DNA of 64,000 nt, taken from NCBI GenBank assembly GCA_044892525.1, contig CM097885.1:2792001-2856000 (forward strand), written 5' to 3'. The stretch comes from Schmidtea polychroa (Eukaryota). This document shows, piece after piece, positions 27,930 through 38,372 of the stretch. A program made the position numbers and the translations under genes. Numbering within the stretch: the stretch's first letter is position 1; every line of letters begins with the position of its first letter. The notes under the pieces are model-generated. The model did not search any database. It was given only the letters and a program-made list of their open reading frames with translations, and had not been told where the DNA came from.

Positions 27930-29360
27930 ATGTTTGCAAGCGTATGGGAAATGATGAAGAGAAATAAATTTGAATTTGATAATGAAATCAGCAGTGAATT
28001 GATATGCAGAATTTGCAAATGTGTAATGATAAAGGCTTGCCAAGCTCCTTGCGGTTGCCGCTTTTGTTCTGATTGCATTGAGCATTATTTCGATGGAAAG
28101 GATAAATTCTGTCCAGGAGCAGCAAAACATTGCGGAAAGAAAATAATAAATTTCAATAAAGATGTTTCTGAAGATCATGCGATCAATTTAAGGATTTCAG
28201 AGGTGATAGTGAAATGCCCAATGCAAAATTGTCAATTCAAAGTTGAATTAGAAGTGATGGAGAGCCACATGAGGGCATGCAACAAGCAGCCAATAAGATG
28301 CCCGTTCAATAGAATTGGATGCGAAACCAATGAGGTGGTGAAGGATGAAATGAGAGTCCATCTCAATGAGAACAATGAAGGCCATAGCAAATTACTGATT
28401 GATCAGATCAGCAATTTGTGCAGTGAGATGCGAGAAATGAGAGAGGAGAATGTGAAATTGCGTGAGGAAATTATCAATATCAATGTGAAATTTTATTTGC
28501 AATTAATTTAATTGATATTTGTGATTGTAGGTGAAATTGTGCAATATAGAAAGGAAAGAGGCGGAGAACAGAGCAGAAATAGAAGAATTGAATGAGGAAA
28601 TGGTGGCATTGAAGAATGAGAATCGCTCATTGAGAATGGAGATGGAGACAAATATTGGATCAATCAATCAAGTTTGATTATTGATTTGATTTGTTTTTGA
28701 TTTATCATTGATGCAAAGCAGATAAGACAGCAAATTGAGGTGATTGAATCAAAATGTCAACAGCAAATTGATGAGATGAAAGAGAAATGCGAGCAGCGGC
28801 TGCAACGGGAGAATGAAAATGTGATTTATAGATTTATTGAAATGTTTGAATTTGAGATTCAGTTGCAGCTTGAAATGGCGAAATGCGCCAATGAAATTCG
28901 GCAGATTGAAACAAAATTAGGAAGTGAAAAATATATAAATTATGGATTTTTTGAATGGGAATTCGATAAATTTTCACAACAAGAGAGAAATGAATGGATT
29001 TACAGCGAGGCATTTTATTCCTGGCCAATCGGTTACAAAATGTGCTTGTGGGTGCTGATTGGGGATGATTGGGTTAATGTTGGTTTCTGTTTGATGCGTG
29101 GGGCAAATGATGAGCAATTGGATTGGCCGTTCAATCAATCAGTGACAATCGATGTGATCGATCCAGCAAATGGCAGCATTTATAGGAGAGAGTCAAGGAA
29201 ATATTCAGGTTGGTTTGATGATGTCGGATGGGGGAAACCGTCAGATGACAGAAATGATCAAATTTGCATATATAATTATGATTATTCAATCAATGAAATC
29301 GCAGCCAAAAGTGATAAATTGCTGCTCAGGTGCAGAATTGAAAAATTCTTACAAATTTAA
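27930..29360 (+). CDS. TRAF-like adaptor/E3 ligase, copy 1 (RING, TRAF Zn finger, coiled coil, MATH); 4 coding exons
   Basis: CRIC..CGCRFCSDC..CP RING; CPMQNC..H...C and CPF..IGC..H fingers; MATH SEAFYS..GYKMCL..MRG.ND..L.WPF. GT-AG introns 28485-28530, 28671-28721 and 28821-28868 keep the frame. Confidence 0.9.
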
Positions 29361-29699
29361 AAAACATTTCAATAAAAATTTGATTTATTTTGGCTTTTGA
29401 TCTGATTTATTATTTGCCTAATTATTATTATTGATTTATTATATGAGATTATTATTGTGATAATCATTGTCACCTCTCTCGTAATTTGATTTCGCTGTGT
29501 AAAATTAGTTCGGATCCAATTTCGCCTCGGGCTTCCTCTTGTCACTTTGAAGAATTTATCCATTGACGACTTACCTTAATTTGATTTTGAGGTTCTCTCA
29601 CATCGCTCGAGTTTTCCATTGTCTCGGGTTTTCCACTGTCTCTGATTCTCCATTAGTTAATATATTTTTAATAAATTTTAGTTTTTTATAATTAATGAC

Positions 29700-31037
29700 C
29701 CCCACTGAATTTATTTTATTATTATTTTAAAAAATATTATTTTTCAAGGTCAAATTTTTTTCTTTAAAAACAGGAGCCCGCGGGGACAAAGACATTTTTT
29801 TCCCAAGGTCATTTAAACAAAGACCATGACTCATTCAAGGTCATTCTCAAGGTCGTATGACTCATTCAAGGTCATTCTCAAGGCCGAATGACTCATTCAA
29901 GGTCATTCTCAAGGTCGAATGACTCATTCAAGGTCATATTATTATTTAAAAAAATATTATTATTTTTTTTTCAAGGTCAAATTTTTTTTTCTTTAAAAAC
30001 AGGAGCCCGCGGGGACAAAGACAATTTTTCCATGGTTCCCGCCAATGGAATTAATTTAACGATGACTTATTTTGAAGCCCACTACAAGACCTTTCGAATG
30101 AGGTATAGACATCCTTACTATCATTATTATTGGTAAAGATATTATTATTTTTTCAAAATATTATTTTTCAAGGTCAAATTTTTTTTTTTAAAAACAGGAG
30201 CCCGCGGGGACAAAGACATTTTTTTTCAAGGTCATTTAAACAAAGACCATGACTCTTTCAAGGTCATTCTCAAGGTCGTATGACTCATTCAGGGTCATTC
30301 TCAAGGTCGCATGACTCATTCAAGGTCATTCTCAAGGCCGAATGACTCATTCAAGGTCATTCTCAAGGTCGAATGACTCATTCAAGGTCATTCTCAAGGT
30401 CGTATGACTCATTCAAGGTCATATTATTATTTAAAAAAAATTATTATTTTTTTTTCAAGGTCAAATTTTTTTCTTTAAAAACAGGAGCCCGCGGGGACAA
30501 AGACATTTTTTTTTCAAGGTCATTTTTTTTCAAGGTCATTTTTTTCAAGGTCATTTTTTTTTCAAGGTCAAATTTTTTTTTCTTTAAAAACAGGAGCCCG
30601 CGGGGACAAAGACAATTTTTCCATAGTTCCTGCCAATGGAATTAATTAAACGATGACTTATTTTGAAGCCCACTACAAGACCTTTCGAATGAGGTATAGA
30701 CATCCTTACTACCATTATTATTGGTAAAGATATTATTATTTTTTCAAAATATTATTTTTCAAGGTCAAATTTTTTTCTTTAAAAACAGGAGCCCGCGGGG
30801 ACAAAGACATTTTTTTTTCAAGGTCATTTTTTTCAAGGTCATTTTTTAAGGTCATTTTTTTTCAAGGTCAAATTTTTTTTTCAAGGTCGAATTTTTTTTT
30901 CAAGGTAATTTTTTAAAATTTATATTTACAGAGTTCCCGCCAACGAAAATTATTCAACGATAGCTCATTTTAAAGCCCAATTCAAAACCTTTCGTATCAG
31001 CCATATATCTTATTATTAATATTATTATTTCTAAAGA

Positions 31038-31116
<79 letters not shown>

Positions 31117-31420
31117 CTATGTACTCTGAGTTTATCCGACAAAATATTCTGTCCCCCTATGGGTAATGCTCACAAAGGTAATGGTAAAAAGGGTACTACT
31201 CGCATTCAACATGTCTCAAACGGTATAATATAATTTTTATTAAATTTAGACCAACTTAAATCAATAAATGGTAGGACAAAAATATATTACGTTGCGGTAT
31301 TTTAAAATTTAAATATATTTTAAAAACTTATTTTGACGCTAAAGTTGACTTATTTAACAAAGACACAATTATTGCACATGCTTTGCATAAATATTATTAT
31401 TATTTATTATTATTATTATT
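29700..31420. repeat. Polinton subterminal repeat region: GGAGCCCGCGGGGACAAAGAC units, 31-bp TGACTCATTCAAGGTCATTCTCAAGGTCGTA arrays, (ATT)n and a ~90-bp CCGACAAAATATTCTGTCCCCCTATGGG repeat
   Basis: Directly visible; the ~90-bp unit recurs inverted at ~40525-40600. Confidence 0.85.
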
Positions 31421-31676
31421 TTTATTATTATTTGCAAATTTCTAATTATTATTTTAGAAGTTTCATTATTATTATTATTTACTTAAATATTCATAAAACT
31501 TAATTTCTACGTCAATTACATGATTTTCAACATTTTCATGATTAAACATAAAATAATAATATTTAAAAAATAATAATAATATTTAACAAATAATATTTTA
31601 AACATAAAATAATAATAATAATATTTAACAAATAATTAAAATAGTCAACAAATAAAAATCATACAGTATACATTTA

Positions 31677-32061
31677 TTAACCATCAAATTTTTTATACAA
31701 CAACCATGCCAAACAGTGTTGACCACATGTTTGAGTCAATGGATTTTGAAACATAGTTTTATTATATACAATAGGTTTCCCAATTGTTTGAAGTTTTGAT
31801 ATCAACAAAGCCGGGTAATAAAAACCCATAGGATCGAATACGAATATATTACTAGGTTTCACATATATAGCTATCCAATGTTCTCCACCAAGATGAGACG
31901 AATGAGTATTGACAATTATGGCTTGATTATTGCTCAAATAAGGAATTTTATCGAGAGGAAAAACTCCTACAAATTCATTTCCTAATATTTGTTTTCCAAT
32001 TCGATTAACCTGAACAGAACTACTTTAATAAAATTAAACATTATCAAAAAACTTACTCCAT
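31677..32061 (-). CDS. Adenain-like cysteine maturation protease (start in a 5-nt micro-exon; putative 34-nt intron 32023-32056)
   Basis: FVGVFPLD, IVNT..S..GGEHWIAIY, FDPMG, Q...TQTCGQHCL (H-D-Q-C catalytic set); ATGGA|GTAAGT..AAAG|T restores MDSSVQVN. Confidence 0.88.
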
Positions 32062-32089
32062 GACAACTTTTTTGTGTTTCTGTATACAT

Positions 32090-33313
32090 TTATACTAGCA
32101 CGGTTCTATTTGCAGTAATTTGAACTTCATTTTCAAATACTCCATATATTATAACATGTACCGGTTCTGTAATGGCCTTTGCAAACTTAATATTCAGTCG
32201 TAAATTCCCGTTTTGTGGTAGTTGACTCTGATTTAAATCAAAATCGAGAGCTAAAACAAATGTGAAAAATGGGTATTTGCTTTTAAATTCTTCTAGAGTT
32301 ATTCTACAATTCAAGTTTTTATCTAAATAACCAAGATTTCTAACAATATTCTGCATATATGTCGCACAGTAATTATCGCTTTCGAAATCTTGAGTATATT
32401 TTTCTCTATAATCAGTATTTTTCGACAAAGTCAATGAAGTAACACCAAAATTTTTGAAAATTGAGCTGGAAGCAGTATAAGATCCATTATATTGCGTTTC
32501 ACTTTGAAATGTTACCAGAATAAAATTAGGCATTCTTCTATCACCAAATATTTGTTCTTTATAGAATGATGAAGCACCTTTAGCAATAGCGAATTGTACA
32601 ATTTCCTTTGTTTTTAAAGGATAAATTGCATGTTTTGAATTAAGACCTAATTGGTGACCCGCTAATACTGAGGGGTCTACTCGAACTCTTCTCACCAATA
32701 ATTTTGCATCAACTAATTGACATATTGGTGCACCAGTTGCACTAGTAAGAGGTAATGCAGAATCAGACCTTTTCAGTCTAATATGTACATTAACCCCCGG
32801 TAGTAAATATTTCGGTTGATCCATAAAATCGATTTGTAATGATGAGCACATGGTGAAAACCTTTGAGCCTTTAACCCACTTTTTTCTTTCATCATCTGCT
32901 GCTGCATAACCCATGGGAGTAAGACATGTATTTTTAGTATCGAAATTGTAATTTAAAATAGTTTCTATCAAAGCCTTGTGAATGAATGTATTATTTCCGC
33001 CCTCAATCTTGATATTATTAAATCCCAACACTGCATCTTTAAAAAGAGTATGAAACATGAAATTGTTCGGTATTACATCAGCATTGGCATCCAAAACTTT
33101 TCTATCTTTATCTACAACCTTGATCTGAACAGTCAATAACGTATCGTTCAAATCTAAATATTCAGTTTGCGAACCATTAATATAAAACTCGATATCATTT
33201 CTACTATCGGTAATTGAATTCATAGGAAAAACTTCCTCAAATGCCCCAAATTCTATTACAGCCTGGGGCGATGGTCTATCAAATATACATAATTCAGATT
33301 TACCACAAATCAT
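32090..33313 (-). CDS. Polinton major capsid protein (double jelly roll, PY/hexon-like)
   Basis: 407 aa; KSELCIF..P.PQ, IEFYI.G...YLDL, QPKYLLPGV.V.I.L.R, FDL......GNLRL.I.FA. Confidence 0.9.
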   Translation of the reverse strand: MICGKSELCIFDRPSPQAVIEFGAFEEVFPMNSITDSRNDIEFYINGSQTEYLDLNDTLLTVQIKVVDKDRKVLDANADVIPNNFMFHTLFKDAVLGFNNIKIEGGNNTFIHKALIETILNYNFDTKNTCLTPMGYAAADDERKKWVKGSKVFTMCSSLQIDFMDQPKYLLPGVNVHIRLKRSDSALPLTSATGAPICQLVDAKLLVRRVRVDPSVLAGHQLGLNSKHAIYPLKTKEIVQFAIAKGASSFYKEQIFGDRRMPNFILVTFQSETQYNGSYTASSSIFKNFGVTSLTLSKNTDYREKYTQDFESDNYCATYMQNIVRNLGYLDKNLNCRITLEEFKSKYPFFTFVLALDFDLNQSQLPQNGNLRLNIKFAKAITEPVHVIIYGVFENEVQITANRTVLV

Positions 33314-33672
33314 TTTGCAAATATAGTTCCATGTCCTTTCATTCGTTTGTTTATACGTGATATTCCATGTCTTTTACGCTTTGGAGCTGGAGCTGGAGGC
33401 GTATCTTTTTGAAACATACCTGCAACCCCAGGTAAAACTTTCCCTAATTCAGCTAAAGCATTTGTTTTTAGAGATGGTAATATTTTCTGTTCATTCATAA
33501 TAACATCTTTTGCAGTTTTCATACCAAAACTACCAATACGTTTAAGAATAGGCAATGCAAATCTACCAATTGTTCTCAACCATCCCGATCCGTACTGTTT
33601 ACCAATAAAATATGGTAATTCACCGCCAGATTGGCTACCACTATACATACTAATAATATCAGAATTAGCCAT
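33310..33672 (-). CDS. Small basic virion core protein (pVI/pVII-like)
   Basis: QSGG and QYGSG protease-site-like motifs followed by amphipathic WLRTIGRFALPILKRIG; basic C-terminus; lies between mCP and MCP. Confidence 0.7.
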   Translation of the reverse strand: MANSDIISMYSGSQSGGELPYFIGKQYGSGWLRTIGRFALPILKRIGSFGMKTAKDVIMNEQKILPSLKTNALAELGKVLPGVAGMFQKDTPPAPAPKRKRHGISRINKRMKGHGTIFAK

Positions 33673-34708
33673 TTATTTTACGAAAATGTAATGTCAAATG
33701 AGTTTTTGAACCTTTTGGAAAGTTTATAAGTTTTCCACTATCATCACAAATATTTATTTCTATATTGTTTATACATGAACTTGCTATTGGTAAATACATG
33801 GGATTATCGATATTTATATTGACAACTTCATCATGTTCATATTTTCCAATCCATACCGATTTCAAAAGAGGAACACTGGAATCACCAACAATTATGGGTT
33901 CGATAATGTTAGTATATATGAACATTTGTTGATGATGTTCTAGTATTCTTGGTTTGTGTATACCAATCGATTTTTCTCTATATTTTTGCTTATCTAATCC
34001 AAGTGAATTTGCCAAATTTTTATCAAATGTAACTTCGCAAATATCCTCATTCAAACTGAAGGTAAACATCAAATCTTTCACAATTTCCAAATTTTTAAAT
34101 ATGTGTGAACAATTGAACTTTAAATATTTAAGTAAATCATCAAGTTTATCAATATATAATTCATCAGCAAAGGTAAATGATTCTTCAACTTCATCATTAT
34201 ACGACACAGATATTTTGATTTCTTCTTTCATTACACTGTTTGCTTCAAATAGATTAAAACGTAATAAATACTCGGTCTCTGTAACAATATTTTTCAACTT
34301 ATTGCAACCCATTCGTTTGGCATCTTCAATTTTTTCGAATGTTATTGTAAATGGTTTAAAATCACAACTGATATTTAATCCATCCTTGTAAAACATATAG
34401 CAATGCGAATCTAATATTTGATTCGGAATATGATATGTTTTATCATAATTACTAATAACAAAGATACCGCTACATGTTTTCACAATATTCCTTCTGAAAT
34501 CAATCTTACAATGACTATAAAATGGGAATGTGTTGTACACGAATGTAAAATCTTGCAGTGCAACTTCCCAGTCACCATTTAAAGAAATCGGATTTTGGAT
34601 ATTGACCATAAATTTACTGGCTTGATTGTCTGGATGAATTAATGGGCAACTATTGCTCGGTAAAATAGTATAAAAATTCACTTTACTAGGTCTTTTGCTG
34701 ATATCCAT
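33665..34708 (-). CDS. Minor capsid protein (penton-like, PX); in frame with the upstream integrase
   Basis: FYTILPSNS..HPDNQASKF..I.L.GDWEVAL; FIYTNIIEP.IVGD..VPLL; Y.P.....INNIEI.I.D..G..I.F..G.....LHF. Confidence 0.85.
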   Translation of the reverse strand: MDISKRPSKVNFYTILPSNSCPLIHPDNQASKFMVNIQNPISLNGDWEVALQDFTFVYNTFPFYSHCKIDFRRNIVKTCSGIFVISNYDKTYHIPNQILDSHCYMFYKDGLNISCDFKPFTITFEKIEDAKRMGCNKLKNIVTETEYLLRFNLFEANSVMKEEIKISVSYNDEVEESFTFADELYIDKLDDLLKYLKFNCSHIFKNLEIVKDLMFTFSLNEDICEVTFDKNLANSLGLDKQKYREKSIGIHKPRILEHHQQMFIYTNIIEPIIVGDSSVPLLKSVWIGKYEHDEVVNINIDNPMYLPIASSCINNIEINICDDSGKLINFPKGSKTHLTLHFRKING

Positions 34709-34709
34709 G

Positions 34710-35275
34710 ACGGGTTTATCCTTACCGACCTTTTTAGTTTTCAATATTTTTTGAATTCTAAATACTTTTGGGGGAGGAATGACTTGTAATTCCTGCTCAT
34801 AAAATTTCCCTTGTACAATATTATTATCATTGTCTTTGATGACATACATTACAGGATTCTGTTTAGTATTTATTTTTGAAATTACAAAGACTTCATCACT
34901 CCAATTTGTATCAAAATGTTTAATAAATGGTGATGCACTAATTTTACTAATTCTAACATGGTCACCGACTTTATATTTAGGTTTTGCAATTTTTACAGAT
35001 TTCTTAGAATAAAATGTTTTTGATGTAATATCAACAGGTCTCAATCCATTCAGTCCTCGATGTGATGAATGATTATAACTTGTTATTATTTTCGGTAAAG
35101 CATTTACCCATTTTTTATTACCTTGATGCACGAACAATTTCTTTAATCTATCTCTCAATGTTCGATTAAATCTTTCAACATGGGCAGCTTTGTATTGAGA
35201 ATGTACCGAGTAGTGATTTATTTTCAGTTTATCGAGGATTTGCTTAACTTTGCTATTGTAGAATTCTTTACCTAA

Positions 35276-35370
<95 letters not shown>

Positions 35371-35758
35371 CTAAATCTGTTTACAAGTTATTAGGATGTC
35401 CATCTTTAAATAAAATATTAATTGCCTTGGACATTTCTTCTGCAGATTTTGCCTTGACTGGTATTGCTCGTGCAAACCTGCTGTATACATTAATACATGT
35501 TAAAATATATTTATTTCCATTGTTAATTTTCGAATAAGGTATCATCTCCATCAAATCCATTTGCCATAAATCGTCAATACCAAATGTTTTATATGCTCTT
35601 GTTGGAAATCTTTTCCGCATTGGTTTGTTCAAACTGTACGCAAGCTGATCTGATAACCACTTCTGGGTTTCTTTTTTCGAATTCGGAACTCTTTTCTCTA
35701 ATTTTGCCACTCCACCGAAACCGGCTTCGTCTTCTGGGTTCGTCCAAATCTTCTCCAT
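34710..35758 (-). pseudogene. Retroviral-like (c-INT) integrase with a 99-nt microsatellite intron (35272-35370), a nonsense codon at 35381-35383 and a truncated chromodomain
   Basis: WQMDL, L*TDLG|KEFYN, KAAHVERFNRTL, YNHS.H, KYKVGDHVRISK, NWSDEVF, GKFYEQELQ. Confidence 0.9.
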
Positions 35759-35819
35759 TACAACAAGAAGATTTAAAATTAAATTTAATGTCGGGCAATG
35801 AAGGATTAGCACCCATTGT

Positions 35820-36347
35820 TTATGACTGTGTAACTCCACCTAATAATGATAATGCCAGAGGTATCAATGCACCAATAAATCCACCTTGTTGTTTATCTAT
35901 AATTTTCCTCATTTGCTTACGATTTTTATTATTTACTAAAGATAACAATGCTTTCCTATGTTTGCTCAATAAATGCTTTTTTGATTTACTGATTTTAATT
36001 TTGCCTTTGACTACTTTAAGTATAATATTGAGTAAATCATCGACAACGAAATTTGGGAATGATTGCAATATATTCATTCTTTTCATACTCGGGGCCTTTA
36101 ACAATGCATTAAGAAATGGAAAACTGCGGTGATTTTTAACTACTTTTTTACTGGTTTTACTGGTTTTACGGGTTTTACGTTTAGGTTTAGGATTTTTCGA
36201 AATAAGATTCATTGCAGAGAAATTTTCAGTTACAAGTTTTTTAGATGGTGTATAACTAGTTGTTGGTGGAACTTTTGGAACTTTAATACTCTTTCTAATA
36301 CTTTTTCTTAATTTCCTAATATTTTTCACCCTTGCTTTTAGAAACAT
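35820..36347 (-). CDS. Basic virion core protein with adenovirus pX-like C-terminus
   Basis: Lys-rich; ends QQGG/FIGALIPLALSLLGG, resembling adenoviral pX GG/FLPALIP. Confidence 0.7.
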   Translation of the reverse strand: MFLKARVKNIRKLRKSIRKSIKVPKVPPTTSYTPSKKLVTENFSAMNLISKNPKPKRKTRKTSKTSKKVVKNHRSFPFLNALLKAPSMKRMNILQSFPNFVVDDLLNIILKVVKGKIKISKSKKHLLSKHRKALLSLVNNKNRKQMRKIIDKQQGGFIGALIPLALSLLGGVTQS

Positions 36348-36365
36348 TATTATTCATAGAGGTTT

Positions 36366-36992
36366 TCAACTTTGTTTATAAACCATGGCACCTTTTGGGT
36401 TGAAAATATCGGTTTTTACTCGTAAATCATCGGGACATTGTTGTGTGAAATCAAGAAATATATATCCATGAGGTATTTTTGTAGCATCTTGAAATGCACT
36501 GATAAGAAAATTACGATTGTTAGGGTATGCTTGACGTGCAAGAAAATCAATCACTGTTGCATCTCTAGGATTCTTGAAAATAACTAAATATTGTACATTT
36601 AAATTACGTGTTCGATGTGCCCCACCTTGATGAAATAGATTTTGTGTTATGAAAATAACTGTTACACCGACATGTCTGCTGATCTTTGTAAATAAATTAT
36701 TAAAATCTTTTTCTTTATTAGCTTCTTGATACAGATCATCGATAATAATGACATCACCTTTCTTTAATCGGCTGGACCAGTTTTTATCGAATCCCTTTAC
36801 TATTTTCATGTTTTTTAATTTACAGAAACTTGATTGAGTTAATCCATGTTCTTCATCAGCACCCTTATGCCAATAAATCCTGTTGAATTTTGATTTGAAT
36901 AAATTTGATTTTAGTAATTTACAAACAAATAATGTTTTTCCACTACCACTCGGACCAACGATTTGGTATACTGCATCATTTCTTAATTCCAT
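36366..36992 (-). CDS. A32/FtsK-HerA family genome-packaging ATPase
   Basis: Walker A GPSGSGKT, Walker B IIIDD, SRH, ITQN, R..N..YLV.FKNPRD. Confidence 0.92.
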   Translation of the reverse strand: MELRNDAVYQIVGPSGSGKTLFVCKLLKSNLFKSKFNRIYWHKGADEEHGLTQSSFCKLKNMKIVKGFDKNWSSRLKKGDVIIIDDLYQEANKEKDFNNLFTKISRHVGVTVIFITQNLFHQGGAHRTRNLNVQYLVIFKNPRDATVIDFLARQAYPNNRNFLISAFQDATKIPHGYIFLDFTQQCPDDLRVKTDIFNPKGAMVYKQS

Positions 36993-37097
36993 TTCAAAAA
37001 TTTTATAAATATATATATGTATTTGTTTATATTCAATGATTTAATGAACTCGTGCTCAATTTGTATATAAAGACAAATTTTCATAAATGATTTAATA

Positions 37098-37535
37098 ATG
37101 TTAGCAAATATAAATTATCGAGGAAATTTTGATGTATCGAATATGAGGTTCCCACCAGGGAAACCCCAGCAAATTATCGATAGAAGCGGGAAATATCCGA
37201 TAATATTTTTCAAGACTGGTAAATGCAGAATCATGGGATGTAAGAAACCCTTGGATATTAATAAATTACAATATCGAATAAATAATATTATAATCCAATC
37301 AATTACCGTTACTATGGATATGGGACATAGTATCAATCTATATAACATATCGAAAAAATGTGATTGTATGTTTGAACCGGAATTGTTTCCGGCGCTAAGA
37401 CTATTAAAATATAACCCTATATGTGTCAACGTGTTTGCTAGTGGAAAGGTTGTCATGCTGGGGTTGAGAAATTTGGAGTATAGAGAATTTGTTGACAATG
37501 TTCGAAATGAGATAATTTCATTGGTCGATTTCTAA
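37098..37535 (+). CDS. TATA-binding protein (TBP)-like protein
   Basis: Two TBP half-repeats: IIFFKTGKCRIMG and IQSITVT.DMG..INL...FEPELFPAL...VNVFASGKVVMLG. Confidence 0.8.
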   Translation: MLANINYRGNFDVSNMRFPPGKPQQIIDRSGKYPIIFFKTGKCRIMGCKKPLDINKLQYRINNIIIQSITVTMDMGHSINLYNISKKCDCMFEPELFPALRLLKYNPICVNVFASGKVVMLGLRNLEYREFVDNVRNEIISLVDF

Positions 37536-37606
37536 TTGGTTAATTTATAATTGGTTATTGATTGATTTAAACAAACGGTTTGTGTTTAGAATTCATTTAT
37601 TTCACT

Positions 37607-38010
37607 ATGTACAAAATACCAAGCGCAGCGAATTTAATGAAAGAAATAGATGATTATGGTAAATTTTTATTTTTTGTTTACAAATTTAAATATTATATTT
37701 TTCAGAAGAATATGCTGCAGTCATGCTAAAGAAGTTAGCATTCTATTATCCAGAAATCAATGCAGTAGTATACAACAAGCCTGCAGAATTAATCCCCGAT
37801 TTGGTGTTCAATGCGACGGGGATAAGGATGTTAGAGATTTTCCATCAATTTATGTGGGATGTGAAGATAAATCGAACAATTAAACATGTGGATCCAGAAT
37901 ATTTATGTTACAATAGCTGTTCCTGCTGCAAAGCTAGATATCAGCGATATGTAGAATGGGTTTTGGTTAAAACTCTTCGGGATTTCCACCATATCAAGAA
38001 TGCATTTTGA
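37607..38010 (+). CDS. Hypothetical protein, 2 exons (intron 37659-37705), Cys cluster
   Basis: GT-AG intron joins MYKIPSAANLMKEIDDY in frame to EEYAAVMLKK..; AATAAA follows the stop. Confidence 0.6.
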
Positions 38011-38372
38011 ATGTTTTTAACAAATAAATGTTATTTAGTTTTCGTTATTTTGTTTTTGATATTTTATATATTTTGATAATAATAATAATAGTAAAAATAT
38101 TAATAATAATGAAACATATTAATAATAAATCTGAAAATAGAACATGTAATAATTAAAACACATAAATAATAAATCTGTAAATAGAACATATAATAATTAA
38201 AACACATAAATAATAAATCTGTAAATAGAACATATAACAAAACATGTGACAATGCAACATCAATGCATTTTGAATGCAATTTAAACAAAGACATGCTATA
38301 ATCTGATTGGTTGATAGGCATGAGTCAAAGGTATAAAAACCCTGTAACATTTAAATTTATTCATTATTCACG

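Noticed and set aside
29820..30420. Regular 31-bp repeats as a CRISPR array
   Set aside because: Head-to-tail units without unique spacers, eukaryotic context, no cas genes.
35584..36132. Plus-strand ORFs over Polinton and LINE genes (also 33954, 4162-6243, 42058 minus)
   Set aside because: Antisense shadows of well-supported genes, with no motifs.
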